Positions 19,674 through 28,958 of a stretch of 50,267 nucleotides of DNA are shown here, piece after piece. Position numbers and translations under genes: made by a program. Source of the stretch: a virus. Every line of letters begins with the position of its first letter. Position 1 is the first letter of the stretch. Under the pieces are notes generated by a model. That model had not been told where the DNA came from and did no database searches. It saw only the letters and a program-made list of their open reading frames with translations. The stretch covers positions 69,915 through 120,181 of IMG/VR virus record IMGVR_UViG_3300035670_012166. One strand, written 5' to 3'.

Positions 19674-20518
19674 TAGGATTCAAGCAATTGTTCGATATTG
19701 AAAAGATTAGTCCCAATATCTTTCAAATTCATATATATTTCTGTTAGCTTTTTTACTTGTTCTTCTGGAAGATTATTAGGATTTTCAGCTGTGTTTACTA
19801 TACGATAATTTTCATCATAACTGCTTTTAACATTCCCAATTACAGAAGAAATATAACTTTGCATATCATCTAAATTTCTAGATATTTCATCTACATTTAA
19901 TTCTGATAATTTTGAAATTACATCAGAATATTTATCCGAAGATGCAGTAGATTCATCGCCATATTCAACTTCTGTTCCTCTTCTGATATCCAGTTCATCA
20001 CGGGTTATATCATTTGCTTTAAGCCAATCTAATTGTTGTCTAGTAGGATTAGTGTAAATTGTTGCATTAGCTCTACCATTATTTAGATTTATTCTCATTG
20101 CACCAGTAAGTTCAGAAAGTACGTGTCTATCAGATCTATCTTTTAATGCTTCTGGATTCACACCTAATCTTGATAATAAATATTTATCAAACATTACGTG
20201 AGATCTTAAATTAGGAGTGACAGAACCATCAGGCATTACATAAAATGCTTCATATGGTGTGCTAAAATGTGTGTGGGTTTCTCTTGATCCACTAACCCAA
20301 GGACTAGATTGATCAAATTCAGACATAATTTTAGAAATTTCTGTATTGATTGCAGACACCATTTCTTCTTCAGATCCATATTTTTCAATCAATTTTCTTT
20401 TAATTGTATCTGCATCATCAGTTGCTAGATCTACATATGATTTAGAACGAAGCTCATTTTGAATAATTTGCTCTGCTTCTTCTTTAGAAATTGCTTGTTT
20501 AATGAATGAATACCACAT
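19673..20518 (-). CDS. Hypothetical protein with MWY N-terminal tag
   Basis: Likely start MWYSFIKQA at 20518; central AFYVMPDG...H...GAMRI...PTRQQL motif. Confidence 0.7.
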   Translation of the reverse strand: MWYSFIKQAISKEEAEQIIQNELRSKSYVDLATDDADTIKRKLIEKYGSEEEMVSAINTEISKIMSEFDQSSPWVSGSRETHTHFSTPYEAFYVMPDGSVTPNLRSHVMFDKYLLSRLGVNPEALKDRSDRHVLSELTGAMRINLNNGRANATIYTNPTRQQLDWLKANDITRDELDIRRGTEVEYGDESTASSDKYSDVISKLSELNVDEISRNLDDMQSYISSVIGNVKSSYDENYRIVNTAENPNNLPEEQVKKLTEIYMNLKDIGTNLFNIEQLLES

Positions 20519-20555
20519 AATTTTAATATACTGGACAAAAGAAAAAAGACCCTGA

Positions 20556-21110
20556 TTATTCAGGGTCTTCATTGAAATCAAATTTTTGTTGTCCAGATAA
20601 CAAGCTATCTAATTTTTCACCAGTATTATAGCCATAATTCATAATATTTTTAAAAGACTGTAAATCTTTATTGGACAAATCTAAATTGAAATGCTTTACT
20701 ACTGCCTTGATATTTTCTTCCATTTCTTCTGGTGTAAATATTGAATTGTGAACAGCAAACATTCCACTATCAATTCCTAAGCTGTAAGACTCAGGGCCAA
20801 AATTAAACTTATCATAAAGTAAATGTCTATAAGATCCACCTTCTTTATAATGATTTTCAAAAATCATATTAGTGATATGAAAAAACAACAAAAGCTGATT
20901 ATCAGCTTCAAGAGAATTAAAATATTCTTTTGCTTTTTGCTTGTATTGATCAAGAGCTTTTTCTTGTGCATCTAAAAATTCGTTGTATTCTTTAGAGGCT
21001 AAAAAATCAGAATATTTTTTATAAGCTTTTCCGTTGATATCTGGCATTGGATTACCTGTACTTTCTCTTATAGAATCTTCTTTTCTTTGTCTAATTTCTT
21101 CCCAGTTCAT
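20556..21110 (-). CDS. Hypothetical protein
   Basis: 184-aa ORF in the minus-strand array. Confidence 0.7.
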   Translation of the reverse strand: MNWEEIRQRKEDSIRESTGNPMPDINGKAYKKYSDFLASKEYNEFLDAQEKALDQYKQKAKEYFNSLEADNQLLLFFHITNMIFENHYKEGGSYRHLLYDKFNFGPESYSLGIDSGMFAVHNSIFTPEEMEENIKAVVKHFNLDLSNKDLQSFKNIMNYGYNTGEKLDSLLSGQQKFDFNEDPE

Positions 21111-21111
21111 A

Positions 21112-21333
21112 TTAATCTTTTACAGGTTCAATATGAATACATTGGGCTTCTTCTTTTCTCAAACCAATATGACTTTCTCTACAATTCACTACCATCATAT
21201 CTGAATGTTGTTTATTAAGAATTGTTATTTTACATCCAGGATTAAAACCCATTTCAGAAAGTCTTGTTCTGACAGTCCCACAAATATGTTCAATTATGTA
21301 AGTATGACCAGCAGAACCATCAAATAATGTCAT
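21112..21333 (-). CDS. feoA: FeoA-domain protein
   Basis: RLSEMGFNPGCKITI...IGLRKEEAQCIHI fits the FeoA SH3-like consensus; likely start MTLFD with AGGA SD. Confidence 0.8.
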   Translation of the reverse strand: MTLFDGSAGHTYIIEHICGTVRTRLSEMGFNPGCKITILNKQHSDMMVVNCRESHIGLRKEEAQCIHIEPVKD

Positions 21334-21380
21334 GTCATGTCCTAAAAAAATGAGCCTTTCAAAAGAAAGGCTCATTGAAA

Positions 21381-21713
21381 TTAGTTGGATTCTTTCTTTT
21401 TAGGATTAACTTTCAAATATTCAACATCTTCCGATGGAAAATATGTGTTTTTTGAATTAACGGTTACTTCAAATGAGTAAACCTTAAACTCTGGCTTACT
21501 TTTATATTCACCCATAAATCCACGCAAAATAATCATTGAACCTACATTAACTTCTTCCATCAAGAAATCAACATCTACACAACCTTCAAATTTTGCTGAA
21601 TAATATTTATTTGACCCAACTTCTTTAGCCCAAATATCTGCAAGCGTAGAAGATCTTTTTGTTTTTCGCAAAACAATTACAGATCGAGTCTCTGTGATTT
21701 TTGTTTTTATCAT
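21381..21713 (-). CDS. OB-fold nucleic-acid-binding protein
   Basis: VGSMIILRGFMGEYKSKPEFKVYSF OB-fold pattern. Confidence 0.55.
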   Translation of the reverse strand: MIKTKITETRSVIVLRKTKRSSTLADIWAKEVGSNKYYSAKFEGCVDVDFLMEEVNVGSMIILRGFMGEYKSKPEFKVYSFEVTVNSKNTYFPSEDVEYLKVNPKKKESN

Positions 21714-21781
21714 TTCGGATTCCTTTTCGGTGTTCTTATTGAACAGTCATATAATATCATAGTGCTCAAAAGATTGCAATA

Positions 21782-22228
21782 CTACCACCACAATTCAAAC
21801 CAAAGTTTAGAAAGATATTCTACTGCTAAACGAACATCATCAGTGAGCTTTTTTCTTTCTTCAATATCTACTGAATTGAAATATTTATCTGTAGCATAAT
21901 AATTTTCAAAAGCTCCAATGATAAATCTCAATTTTTCGTAATAAGATTCTTCAGTTTCACCATTTGCAATTCCATTATTCACTTCCATAAATCTTTTCAA
22001 TCTAGGAATAATAAATAATGCCATAGAGCGATCTAAATGCCAAGTTTCTGTATCATCAAAACCATTCTCAAATCTTTGTTTTTTATGTCGCTCTAACTCA
22101 ATAGTGCCATTTTTATAACACTCTTCAGCAACACTAAAGCAAATATTCTTAAGACCCTCTGGCTTTATAGATAATTGCAAGTAGTCTTTTGATTTCTTCT
22201 GGGTCGATTTTGATTCTTTTTGGCTCAT
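21782..22228 (-). CDS. Phage hypothetical protein
   Basis: GFDDTETWHLD...IIPRLKRF...LWW pattern. Confidence 0.7.
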   Translation of the reverse strand: MSQKESKSTQKKSKDYLQLSIKPEGLKNICFSVAEECYKNGTIELERHKKQRFENGFDDTETWHLDRSMALFIIPRLKRFMEVNNGIANGETEESYYEKLRFIIGAFENYYATDKYFNSVDIEERKKLTDDVRLAVEYLSKLWFELWW

Positions 22229-22230
22229 CT

Positions 22231-22425
22231 TTATCGCTCATTTTCTTCTTTATTAGCTATATCGTAATAATTCATTCCATTACGTAAACACCAAACAGAA
22301 AGAGCACCCAAAAGAAAATCTGATGGCAATGTTCCAGTAGCTCTCCAAACGTGAGTTATAGCAACCAAAGCAACCACATACCAAAGTAAACCTGCAGCCT
22401 TGTTGTTGTCGATTTTATCTTGCAT
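22231..22425 (-). CDS. Small membrane protein
   Basis: Two hydrophobic segments; TATAAT just upstream of ATG. Confidence 0.6.
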   Translation of the reverse strand: MQDKIDNNKAAGLLWYVVALVAITHVWRATGTLPSDFLLGALSVWCLRNGMNYYDIANKEENER

Positions 22426-22442
22426 AATATATATTATATCAC

Positions 22443-22473
22443 AAAAAAAGAAGGCTTTGCAGCCTTCTTTTTT
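22443..22473. terminator. Intrinsic terminator
   Basis: AAAAAAGAAGGC-TTTGCA-GCCTTCTTTTTT. Confidence 0.8.
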
Positions 22474-22475
22474 AT

Positions 22476-22895
22476 CTAATCTTCATCTTCCTCGTCATCA
22501 TATTCATCTTCATCATCAGCTGCAAGATATTCAGCTAAATCAGATGGAGTTAATTCCCAAGAATAATCTTCTGAAAGCACATCAGTATCATAATTGTCCA
22601 TTTCATCCATCCAATCACGAGGATCTTCATATGTTTCTTCAAGTTCTTCTTGCAGAGTATCACAGTCTAAGCTATATTCTCGCTTATAAAATTCCATAGC
22701 TTTGCTGAATGTGCCACAATCACAATCAATTTCAAGATATGCATAACCTTTTTCATTTAAAGGAGTATCAGAAGATCCTAAAAATGAATACTCAGTAATT
22801 TCTTCAACAATATTCAAATCAACAAGAAGACTTACTGGAACTTTCCAATAGTCATGTCGGTATGTGTCAATCGCTTGAATAACAATTTTTTCCAT
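22476..22895 (-). CDS. Phage hypothetical protein with highly acidic C-terminal half
   Basis: H..WKVP...YLEIDCD motif; strong SD GAGGTG; D/E-rich tail. Confidence 0.75.
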   Translation of the reverse strand: MEKIVIQAIDTYRHDYWKVPVSLLVDLNIVEEITEYSFLGSSDTPLNEKGYAYLEIDCDCGTFSKAMEFYKREYSLDCDTLQEELEETYEDPRDWMDEMDNYDTDVLSEDYSWELTPSDLAEYLAADDEDEYDDEEDED

Positions 22896-22943
22896 TATAA
22901 CACCTCTTGTTTATATGTTATCATCACCCATACAAAATGCAAA

Positions 22944-23183
22944 TTAACTTAATTCAGAAAAATAAGGGCATTTTTGATAACCAGATCCATCTTTGATCCA
23001 GCCATTTCCTTTGCAATTTCCCTTACCTTGTCCATTGCATTCACAAATTCCCACAGGCTTTCTATTTATAAAAACCATATTCTCAACTTTTTCTTGTTCT
23101 TCAGGAGTGAGATCTAGAAATTCTGCCACAGAACCAACTCGAAAACCAGCCTTTTCTAATCGTTCTTTCTTTTCTGCATCCAT
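22944..23183 (-). CDS. Antitoxin-N-terminus-like peptide fused to Cys-rich tail
   Basis: MDAEKKERLEKAGFRVGSVAEFLDLTPEE resembles the N-terminus of an XRE/HigA-like family; no HTH follows. Confidence 0.55.
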   Translation of the reverse strand: MDAEKKERLEKAGFRVGSVAEFLDLTPEEQEKVENMVFINRKPVGICECNGQGKGNCKGNGWIKDGSGYQKCPYFSELS

Positions 23184-23191
23184 TTAAATTT

Positions 23192-23767
23192 CTAACCTTT
23201 CTTAGCAATCATAGCACTTCTATGATCTGCCATATGAAAAAATTCAGCTTCTTTTGTACAGGGAATCTTAGCTGAACCCCATTCCAATCTTCCGTGATGA
23301 GATAAGATTATATGGCTTAATTGAATTTTTAAATCTTTTGGAAAATCTTTGATATTTTCCATTTCAGAATAAACCCACATAGCAGACAAACAAAGATGAC
23401 CAATGATATTTCCCACTTCAGTAAATGAATAAATACCTAAATTTTCATCTATTAGCTCATACTCATCAATTTTACCAATATCATGCAAAATAGATGCTGA
23501 TAACAGTAAATCTAAGTTTAGTTCTTGATAAGTATATTTTTCTTTCAGTAAATTATAATCTGAAATGCAAAAATCAGCTACCTCTATAGAATGTTCTGCT
23601 AAACCTCCAGGGTAAGCATGATGCATTCTTTTAGCAGCTGGAGCAATCAAGTAAGCATCTCGATATTTTCCTTTATGACCAACAAGATTTTTACAGAGTT
23701 GCTGAAGATATAGATCTTTTATTAAAGAAATCAAATCATCTAACCTAGCACTACAGTCAATATACAT
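23192..23767 (-). CDS. HD-domain protein, YhaM-like (no OB fold)
   Basis: PAAKRMHHAYPGGLAEHS, LHDIGK, GH, SHHGRLEWGS, EA...HMAD. Confidence 0.88.
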   Translation of the reverse strand: MYIDCSARLDDLISLIKDLYLQQLCKNLVGHKGKYRDAYLIAPAAKRMHHAYPGGLAEHSIEVADFCISDYNLLKEKYTYQELNLDLLLSASILHDIGKIDEYELIDENLGIYSFTEVGNIIGHLCLSAMWVYSEMENIKDFPKDLKIQLSHIILSHHGRLEWGSAKIPCTKEAEFFHMADHRSAMIAKKG

Positions 23768-24403
23768 TTATGATTCCATCGGTGGTAAATTATAATATTC
23801 GTAAATATCATCCGTCAAAAATTGAGTTCCAGTGAAAAATCTATCTCTAAATGACTGTATCTCATCATAATAACTAAATCTATCTTTGTAATAAAAAATT
23901 CTAGGGTCTTCACCACAAACTTTTTGGATCATATTGAAAAGTAATCTTCCAGTTCGACCATTACCATCAATAAAAGGATGAATACACTCAAACATATGAT
24001 GAGATATAGATGAAACTTTTAAGCCACTAATCATATTTAGATAATTCAATTCAACAAGTTTAGTAGTAATATCAAACCAATGATTCATCAAGTTGTCTAA
24101 TATTAATGGAGAAGGACATAATTCATGTCCAATCCAAACATCTGATTTTCTATATTGACCAGAATTATTATTTCTTTCAAAAAATTCAACATTTTTTGTA
24201 AGAAATCTATGGATGTCTAGTGGAGAATTTGATGTAAGTTGAGATGATTCTGACATAACAAAATTTAAAGCATTAAGATGATTGTCATACATCAATTGAC
24301 CAGGTTTAATTGAAGGAAAACCAGGTTGAGGATCTATCAAACCACTTTCATATACAAAAATTTCTTTCCAACTTTTTGAACAATTTTCCATATTGTCCTT
24401 CAC
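23768..24403 (-). CDS. Fic-domain protein
   Basis: Canonical HPFIDGNGRTGR motif. Confidence 0.92.
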   Translation of the reverse strand: MKDNMENCSKSWKEIFVYESGLIDPQPGFPSIKPGQLMYDNHLNALNFVMSESSQLTSNSPLDIHRFLTKNVEFFERNNNSGQYRKSDVWIGHELCPSPLILDNLMNHWFDITTKLVELNYLNMISGLKVSSISHHMFECIHPFIDGNGRTGRLLFNMIQKVCGEDPRIFYYKDRFSYYDEIQSFRDRFFTGTQFLTDDIYEYYNLPPMES

Positions 24404-24427
24404 TTTCGCTTTGGTTTTTTGATAAAT

Positions 24428-24847
24428 TTAATCTTTAATACTTACTTCAGCCTGTGCATCAAAAGCACAATCTACATTTGATTCAGGATCTTCACCTAAA
24501 ATATCTGCTGCTTTTTCTATATACCCTTTAGGCTTCAGATGAGGATACGCAGCTATGAATTTTTTTTTCATTTCATCATAAAATTTATAATCACTTTCCG
24601 TTGGTGGAAATAGTTTAAATAATTGATATTGAATGAAATGATTTTCTTGTTCAATCATATCCTCGTAAGAAGGTAGTTCAGGTTGCTCATTGTTCTTATA
24701 AACTTCATCTCTGATTGCTCTCCATTCAGGTTGGTCGCATTTACATTCGCAATCAGAAACACACCAAGATTTACCACATTCTGGACATACTGCTTGATTA
24801 ACTCTGCAATGCCAGCAATAACTCCATTTCAAATCTTCTTTAGTCAT
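24428..24847 (-). CDS. Hypothetical Zn-finger protein
   Basis: CWHC...CPECG...C..DCECKC. Confidence 0.65.
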   Translation of the reverse strand: MTKEDLKWSYCWHCRVNQAVCPECGKSWCVSDCECKCDQPEWRAIRDEVYKNNEQPELPSYEDMIEQENHFIQYQLFKLFPPTESDYKFYDEMKKKFIAAYPHLKPKGYIEKAADILGEDPESNVDCAFDAQAEVSIKD

Positions 24848-25052
24848 CTAAATATACCTTTTGTGGATTAATAGTTATATGATAAGCCACTTTTTCTTCT
24901 TCAAAATAATATCTCAATGAATCAAGAAATTCTTTTCTATCATTATAATAAAGATTTTGAAGCATCTCAACCATTTTTTCTTCTGAAACTTCTTCATCTT
25001 CATCAGCAGTGATGTCAATGTCAAAAGATAAGTTTAACTTATACTTAGCCAT
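24840..25052 (-). CDS. Hypothetical protein
   Basis: Abuts/overlaps both neighbours. Confidence 0.6.
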   Translation of the reverse strand: MAKYKLNLSFDIDITADEDEEVSEEKMVEMLQNLYYNDRKEFLDSLRYYFEEEKVAYHITINPQKVYLDD

Positions 25053-25370
25053 TTATTCTTCTTCTTTATATGTAATTTGGTCTATAAATTTTACACAATG
25101 CTCACAATCGCATTCTTGAAATTTTTCCCAATCATCGTATCCTAAGAGTTCACGGAGAAAATTTTCTACTGTATATTGATAACACCATTTAGTATGTGTA
25201 TCAAATAATTTATTCAATGAATCTCCATACTCACTACTTACATCAATTGGATGCCATTTGATTAAACGAGAAAATTCTGCAGCTCTAAAAGAAATCTTAT
25301 GATCTCCAGCTCTTCTTACTTGTATAGCGTTATGCTCTTTGATGAGCTTGATAATTTCCCAACCTGTCAT
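25053..25370 (-). CDS. Divergent Tad2/DUF2829-like protein
   Basis: MTGWEIIKLIKE...VRR...LLGYDDWE. Confidence 0.45.
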   Translation of the reverse strand: MTGWEIIKLIKEHNAIQVRRAGDHKISFRAAEFSRLIKWHPIDVSSEYGDSLNKLFDTHTKWCYQYTVENFLRELLGYDDWEKFQECDCEHCVKFIDQITYKEEE

Positions 25371-25582
25371 TCCACTACCTCCCAGTTATTATTGAGAGTT
25401 TCTTGAAATGCATTGGCAATTTCATCAACAATATCAAGATGTTGATGTGCCTCTGCTGCATATTCACCTGATAATTCGATTGTATTATATTTACCAATAA
25501 AAATACAACAGCCTTCTGACCAAAACTTTTGCCGAACTTTTTTACCTTCTTTGAGTGCTTTAATTGCTTCTTGCCAATTCAT
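25367..25582 (-). CDS. Tad2/DUF2829-like protein
   Basis: MNWQEAIKALKEGKKVRQKFW...NNWEVVE. Confidence 0.7.
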   Translation of the reverse strand: MNWQEAIKALKEGKKVRQKFWSEGCCIFIGKYNTIELSGEYAAEAHQHLDIVDEIANAFQETLNNNWEVVE

Positions 25583-25597
25583 ATTTTTCTCAATTCA

Positions 25598-26035
25598 TTA
25601 TGGAATAATTTCACCGTTTTCAACAGCTTTATTATAATCTTTAATGATTTTTTCAGCAAATGGAGGGCAAGGTGATGGTCCTGCAATTTCTCTTATTTTA
25701 TCGAATATTTCAATCCAATTATCATCATCAACTAAATCAATTGTAAATTCTTCTTCTTCACCTGTGTCGTGATTCAAATTGTGCCATAAACCTTGTAAAT
25801 TCCATATCTTTATATCAAGGGATGAATCATTGTTATTTATATTCCATTCTAAAATGACATCATCACCAACAGCAAATATTTTGGGTAAAGATAAATCTCT
25901 GGGATAATTTTTGGTCAAGAAATCAGAAATAGAAACCAAATCTTCAGTGTAAAGTTCAGTGTATTCATTTGCAATCCAGCCATTCGCAAATATTTCTTGA
26001 AATCTATCCCAAAAATATGTGAATTCTTTTTTCAT
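25598..26035 (-). CDS. Hypothetical protein
   Basis: 145-aa acidic ORF, coupled to upstream gene. Confidence 0.65.
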   Translation of the reverse strand: MKKEFTYFWDRFQEIFANGWIANEYTELYTEDLVSISDFLTKNYPRDLSLPKIFAVGDDVILEWNINNNDSSLDIKIWNLQGLWHNLNHDTGEEEEFTIDLVDDDNWIEIFDKIREIAGPSPCPPFAEKIIKDYNKAVENGEIIP

Positions 26036-26247
26036 TCTTCAGTATCCCAAGAATCAATATCCCAATCATCAGCAATCAGATCACGAGGTTCTAAATCAAG
26101 ACTCCAAGTCATAAGTTCACAATCTTCGCTGTAATGATATACAAAGACTTCTTCATCTTTGTCATAATATAAATATTTATCTTCCCAGGAGGTTCTTGTG
26201 ATAGGTTTACCTTCCATCAAAGTATCTAATACTTCTGTAAATTTCAT
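26032..26247 (-). CDS. Tad2/DUF2829-like protein
   Basis: MKFTEVLDTLMEGKPITRTSW...DLIADDWDI. Confidence 0.75.
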   Translation of the reverse strand: MKFTEVLDTLMEGKPITRTSWEDKYLYYDKDEEVFVYHYSEDCELMTWSLDLEPRDLIADDWDIDSWDTEE

Positions 26248-26486
26248 TCTACAATCTCCCATTCATTCTTGAGTATATCATCAATCAATTCTTCAGCTAT
26301 TTCTTGATTAAATAAATTTGTCCAGGGAGTAATGGGATTTATATCAGGCACTCTTGGAAATTCTTTTGCTTGATGAGAAAAATAACACCCGTCAGAGAAA
26401 TAAAAGTGCCAATCAGGATTTTTCCAATTGACACATCTTATTTTTTTACCTTTGGACAATGCTAATAAAGCTTCTATTCCGGTCAT
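26244..26486 (-). CDS. Tad2/DUF2829-like protein
   Basis: MTGIEALLALSKGKKIRCVNW...DILKNEWEIVE. Confidence 0.7.
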   Translation of the reverse strand: MTGIEALLALSKGKKIRCVNWKNPDWHFYFSDGCYFSHQAKEFPRVPDINPITPWTNLFNQEIAEELIDDILKNEWEIVE

Positions 26487-26540
26487 AATCAATCTTACCA
26501 TAATTTAATCCCAAAGAAAAAAATCTTTGGGATTAAATGA

Positions 26541-27125
26541 TCAACTAGTGTAGTATCTGGTTATTTCGATTGTATGATTATCAAGTTCGATAATTTTTCC
26601 ATCACGAAAATAAGCCTCAACATGTATATTTTGGCTATAACTTCCATCTATTGATTTCAAAAATAAATCAGAAAAACTATTTTCTATTAAAACAATTCTG
26701 ATACCAATCATGCTATCATCAATTTTGTTAATACCATAATGAGGTAACTTATGTGCATCTGGTCTTACATATGGTAAAAGATAATAATCAGATTTAGGAA
26801 TTTCATATAATCTAATAGTGAATTTATTTTCAAAGAATAAATGGTCTTTCTCTTTTCGTACAAAAAACCATAATGAACGATTTTTCGTTTGGTTATCAAA
26901 ATCTTTCAAAAAATCAATATGCTTTTCTAAAAGTTCTTTGCTATCATTTTCAAAATTATTAATATTGTAATCTGATGTTCTATTTTTATTGGTTTCGATG
27001 ATTTCTTTTTCTATAGCAACAATTTCATCAAAAGTATATGTTCTTGGAACAATAACATCTGAATTAATATCTGTGCGAGCTGCAACAGCCTCTAATGCTG
27101 TCTTAAATTCTAATATTGTATTCAT
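26541..27125 (-). CDS. Hypothetical protein
   Basis: 194 aa; GGTATAAT 5 nt before ATG; downstream hairpin near 26505-26537. Confidence 0.7.
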   Translation of the reverse strand: MNTILEFKTALEAVAARTDINSDVIVPRTYTFDEIVAIEKEIIETNKNRTSDYNINNFENDSKELLEKHIDFLKDFDNQTKNRSLWFFVRKEKDHLFFENKFTIRLYEIPKSDYYLLPYVRPDAHKLPHYGINKIDDSMIGIRIVLIENSFSDLFLKSIDGSYSQNIHVEAYFRDGKIIELDNHTIEITRYYTS

Positions 27126-27152
27126 AATTTATTATACCTTTAATCAAAAATA

Positions 27153-27434
27153 TCACCAAGTAAGCTTTGGTATTTCCCAATTTTCAACTTCACCAAACCA
27201 TTTATAAGATTGGGTGTCTTCGCCAAATATTCCAACTTCCCAATCTTCAATCAATGATTTAAACATTAGATTACTCAACATTTCATTGGGTGGGTATTTA
27301 GGATTATAAGCAACATCCCAGGTATTTGAAACTATTAAATCTATACAAGCTTGAATTTCTCTTTCAGGCATTTTTGTCATTCTAATTGAGTGAAACCCTT
27401 TTCCAAGTAACTTTATAGCCTGATAGCCTTTCAT
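27153..27434 (-). CDS. Divergent Tad2/DUF2829-like protein
   Basis: MKGYQAIKLLGKG...IR...SLIEDWEV. Confidence 0.45.
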   Translation of the reverse strand: MKGYQAIKLLGKGFHSIRMTKMPEREIQACIDLIVSNTWDVAYNPKYPPNEMLSNLMFKSLIEDWEVGIFGEDTQSYKWFGEVENWEIPKLTW

Positions 27435-27751
27435 TTTAGGGCGCTCCTATTAATCATCATACCAGAAGCATTTTCAAATTGTCTAATCATTTTTTCTCTA
27501 GGAGTAAGGTCTTCAAGTTGGTCGTGTGCTTCTTGCAAAACTGTAATGAATTTTTTAAGCTCTTCTTTATTCAATACAATCAAATCTGAATCAGTGTAGC
27601 CATCAAATAAAATCTTCAAACGATTTTTCCAAGAAAGTTTGCCATCGTTAAATCCATACATCCATAAACCTAAATCTACAGAATTATAATCATTCACTTT
27701 TATGTGCAAAGAATGAGATCCACAATCGCAATTAATAATTTCAGTTTTCAC
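27431..27751 (-). CDS. Hypothetical protein
   Basis: CDCGSH, WKNRLK; coupled ORF. Confidence 0.65.
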   Translation of the reverse strand: MKTEIINCDCGSHSLHIKVNDYNSVDLGLWMYGFNDGKLSWKNRLKILFDGYTDSDLIVLNKEELKKFITVLQEAHDQLEDLTPREKMIRQFENASGMMINRSALK

Positions 27752-27966
27752 TTTTCACTAACTTTCTTGAGGGTGTATTTTGCATCCATAGGTAATATAA
27801 GAAATTTTATCTCCATCCAATCAGTTTCACCGGATTGATGTTTCACTTTATTTTCTAGCTTATTATCTTGAAATCTCCAATAGGTGGTGTTTTTTTCATC
27901 CTTTACACACAAAATATGGCCAGAATTTAAGATTTCAATTACCTGTGTTGGAATGGGAAGCATCAA
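27748..27966 (-). CDS. Hypothetical protein
   Basis: Overlaps both neighbours by 4 nt. Confidence 0.55.
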   Translation of the reverse strand: MMLPIPTQVIEILNSGHILCVKDEKNTTYWRFQDNKLENKVKHQSGETDWMEIKFLILPMDAKYTLKKVSEK

Positions 27967-28232
27967 TCAACCTCAAAACTCTTCCTTAATGTTTCTCTGA
28001 CATTTTGATCCCACAATAATTCAGATGCAAAACCCAGAGTACCAGAGTCAAAATGAATCCAAACAGTTTTGCCATCATCAGAAAGACTTACTTCAATAAT
28101 ATCATCTTTATCATATTGAAATTCTTCACAAAAAACATTGGCAATTTCTTGTAAATATTTTTTGAATCTAACAAAGCTGTAAATGCGCCCTCTTATATAC
28201 TGTTCACTAAATATCTTTGGATCAGCTTCCAT
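27963..28232 (-). CDS. Hypothetical protein
   Basis: Overlaps both neighbours. Confidence 0.6.
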   Translation of the reverse strand: MEADPKIFSEQYIRGRIYSFVRFKKYLQEIANVFCEEFQYDKDDIIEVSLSDDGKTVWIHFDSGTLGFASELLWDQNVRETLRKSFEVD

Positions 28233-28764
28233 TTAGTACTTCCATAAATAAATCAGCGCCATTCATATGATTCTGCTCCCATTCATTAGCATCTCCATTA
28301 TCACTAACAAATTTATAAGCTGCAAAATCAAAACCAAAAATTTTACAAACTTTTGCAATTGAATAAGCTTCCATATCTACAATAGGAGCAGATGGATTTT
28401 CTTGAAATTTATCTGCTGTACTACATAAATATCCACTATCCTCAAAAACAATTAAGCTTTCAATTTTGGGATAGATTTCATTATCAAATGGTGTTATGCT
28501 AATACTATCTACTAATGGTCTCGCATCCATATCAAACTGTTCAAATTTAGTGCATTTATATAAAAGATTTTTAATTAATACTTTTGAACCAGCAGAGCCA
28601 TAATTAAAAACAATTGTATCTTCAGGATTATATAGAGGTAATGTTTTTGTAGCCATAATAGCAGCATTGACTTTACCTACACCAGTGTAAACAACAGTAA
28701 TGTTAGGATGATTAAGCTGAAACTCTGATGGAAGAGCAACAAAAACTACAATATGTCTTTTCAT
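28222..28764 (-). CDS. MTA/SAH nucleosidase-like (PNP/UDP phosphorylase superfamily)
   Basis: TGVGKVNAA, NYGSAG, DMEAYSIAKVC, KFVSD. Confidence 0.85.
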   Translation of the reverse strand: MKRHIVVFVALPSEFQLNHPNITVVYTGVGKVNAAIMATKTLPLYNPEDTIVFNYGSAGSKVLIKNLLYKCTKFEQFDMDARPLVDSISITPFDNEIYPKIESLIVFEDSGYLCSTADKFQENPSAPIVDMEAYSIAKVCKIFGFDFAAYKFVSDNGDANEWEQNHMNGADLFMEVLNGS

Positions 28765-28958
28765 ATATTTATCAATCTTAAAACAAGAAAAAATAAAGTT
28801 GTAAGCATCCCACTAATTATCAATAGTGAAGATGTCATTTGTAAGAAAGATCTATCCTTTACAACCACTGTCTTATATGCTCCTAAAAGAAAATAAAACC
28901 AGCTTATAGTAGCAAATAAGAACACAATAGAAAGAATTGGTATCTTAAAATTTTCCAT
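28761..28958 (-). CDS. Small membrane protein (2 TM)
   Basis: Two hydrophobic helices. Confidence 0.6.
   Translation of the reverse strand: MENFKIPILSIVFLFATISWFYFLLGAYKTVVVKDRSFLQMTSSLLIISGMLTTLFFLVLRLINI

Noticed and set aside
14558-22473. Repeated GGCTTTGCAGCC hairpins as a mobile or REP-like element
   Set aside because: Only two copies, both at gene ends with A/T tails; ordinary terminators explain them.
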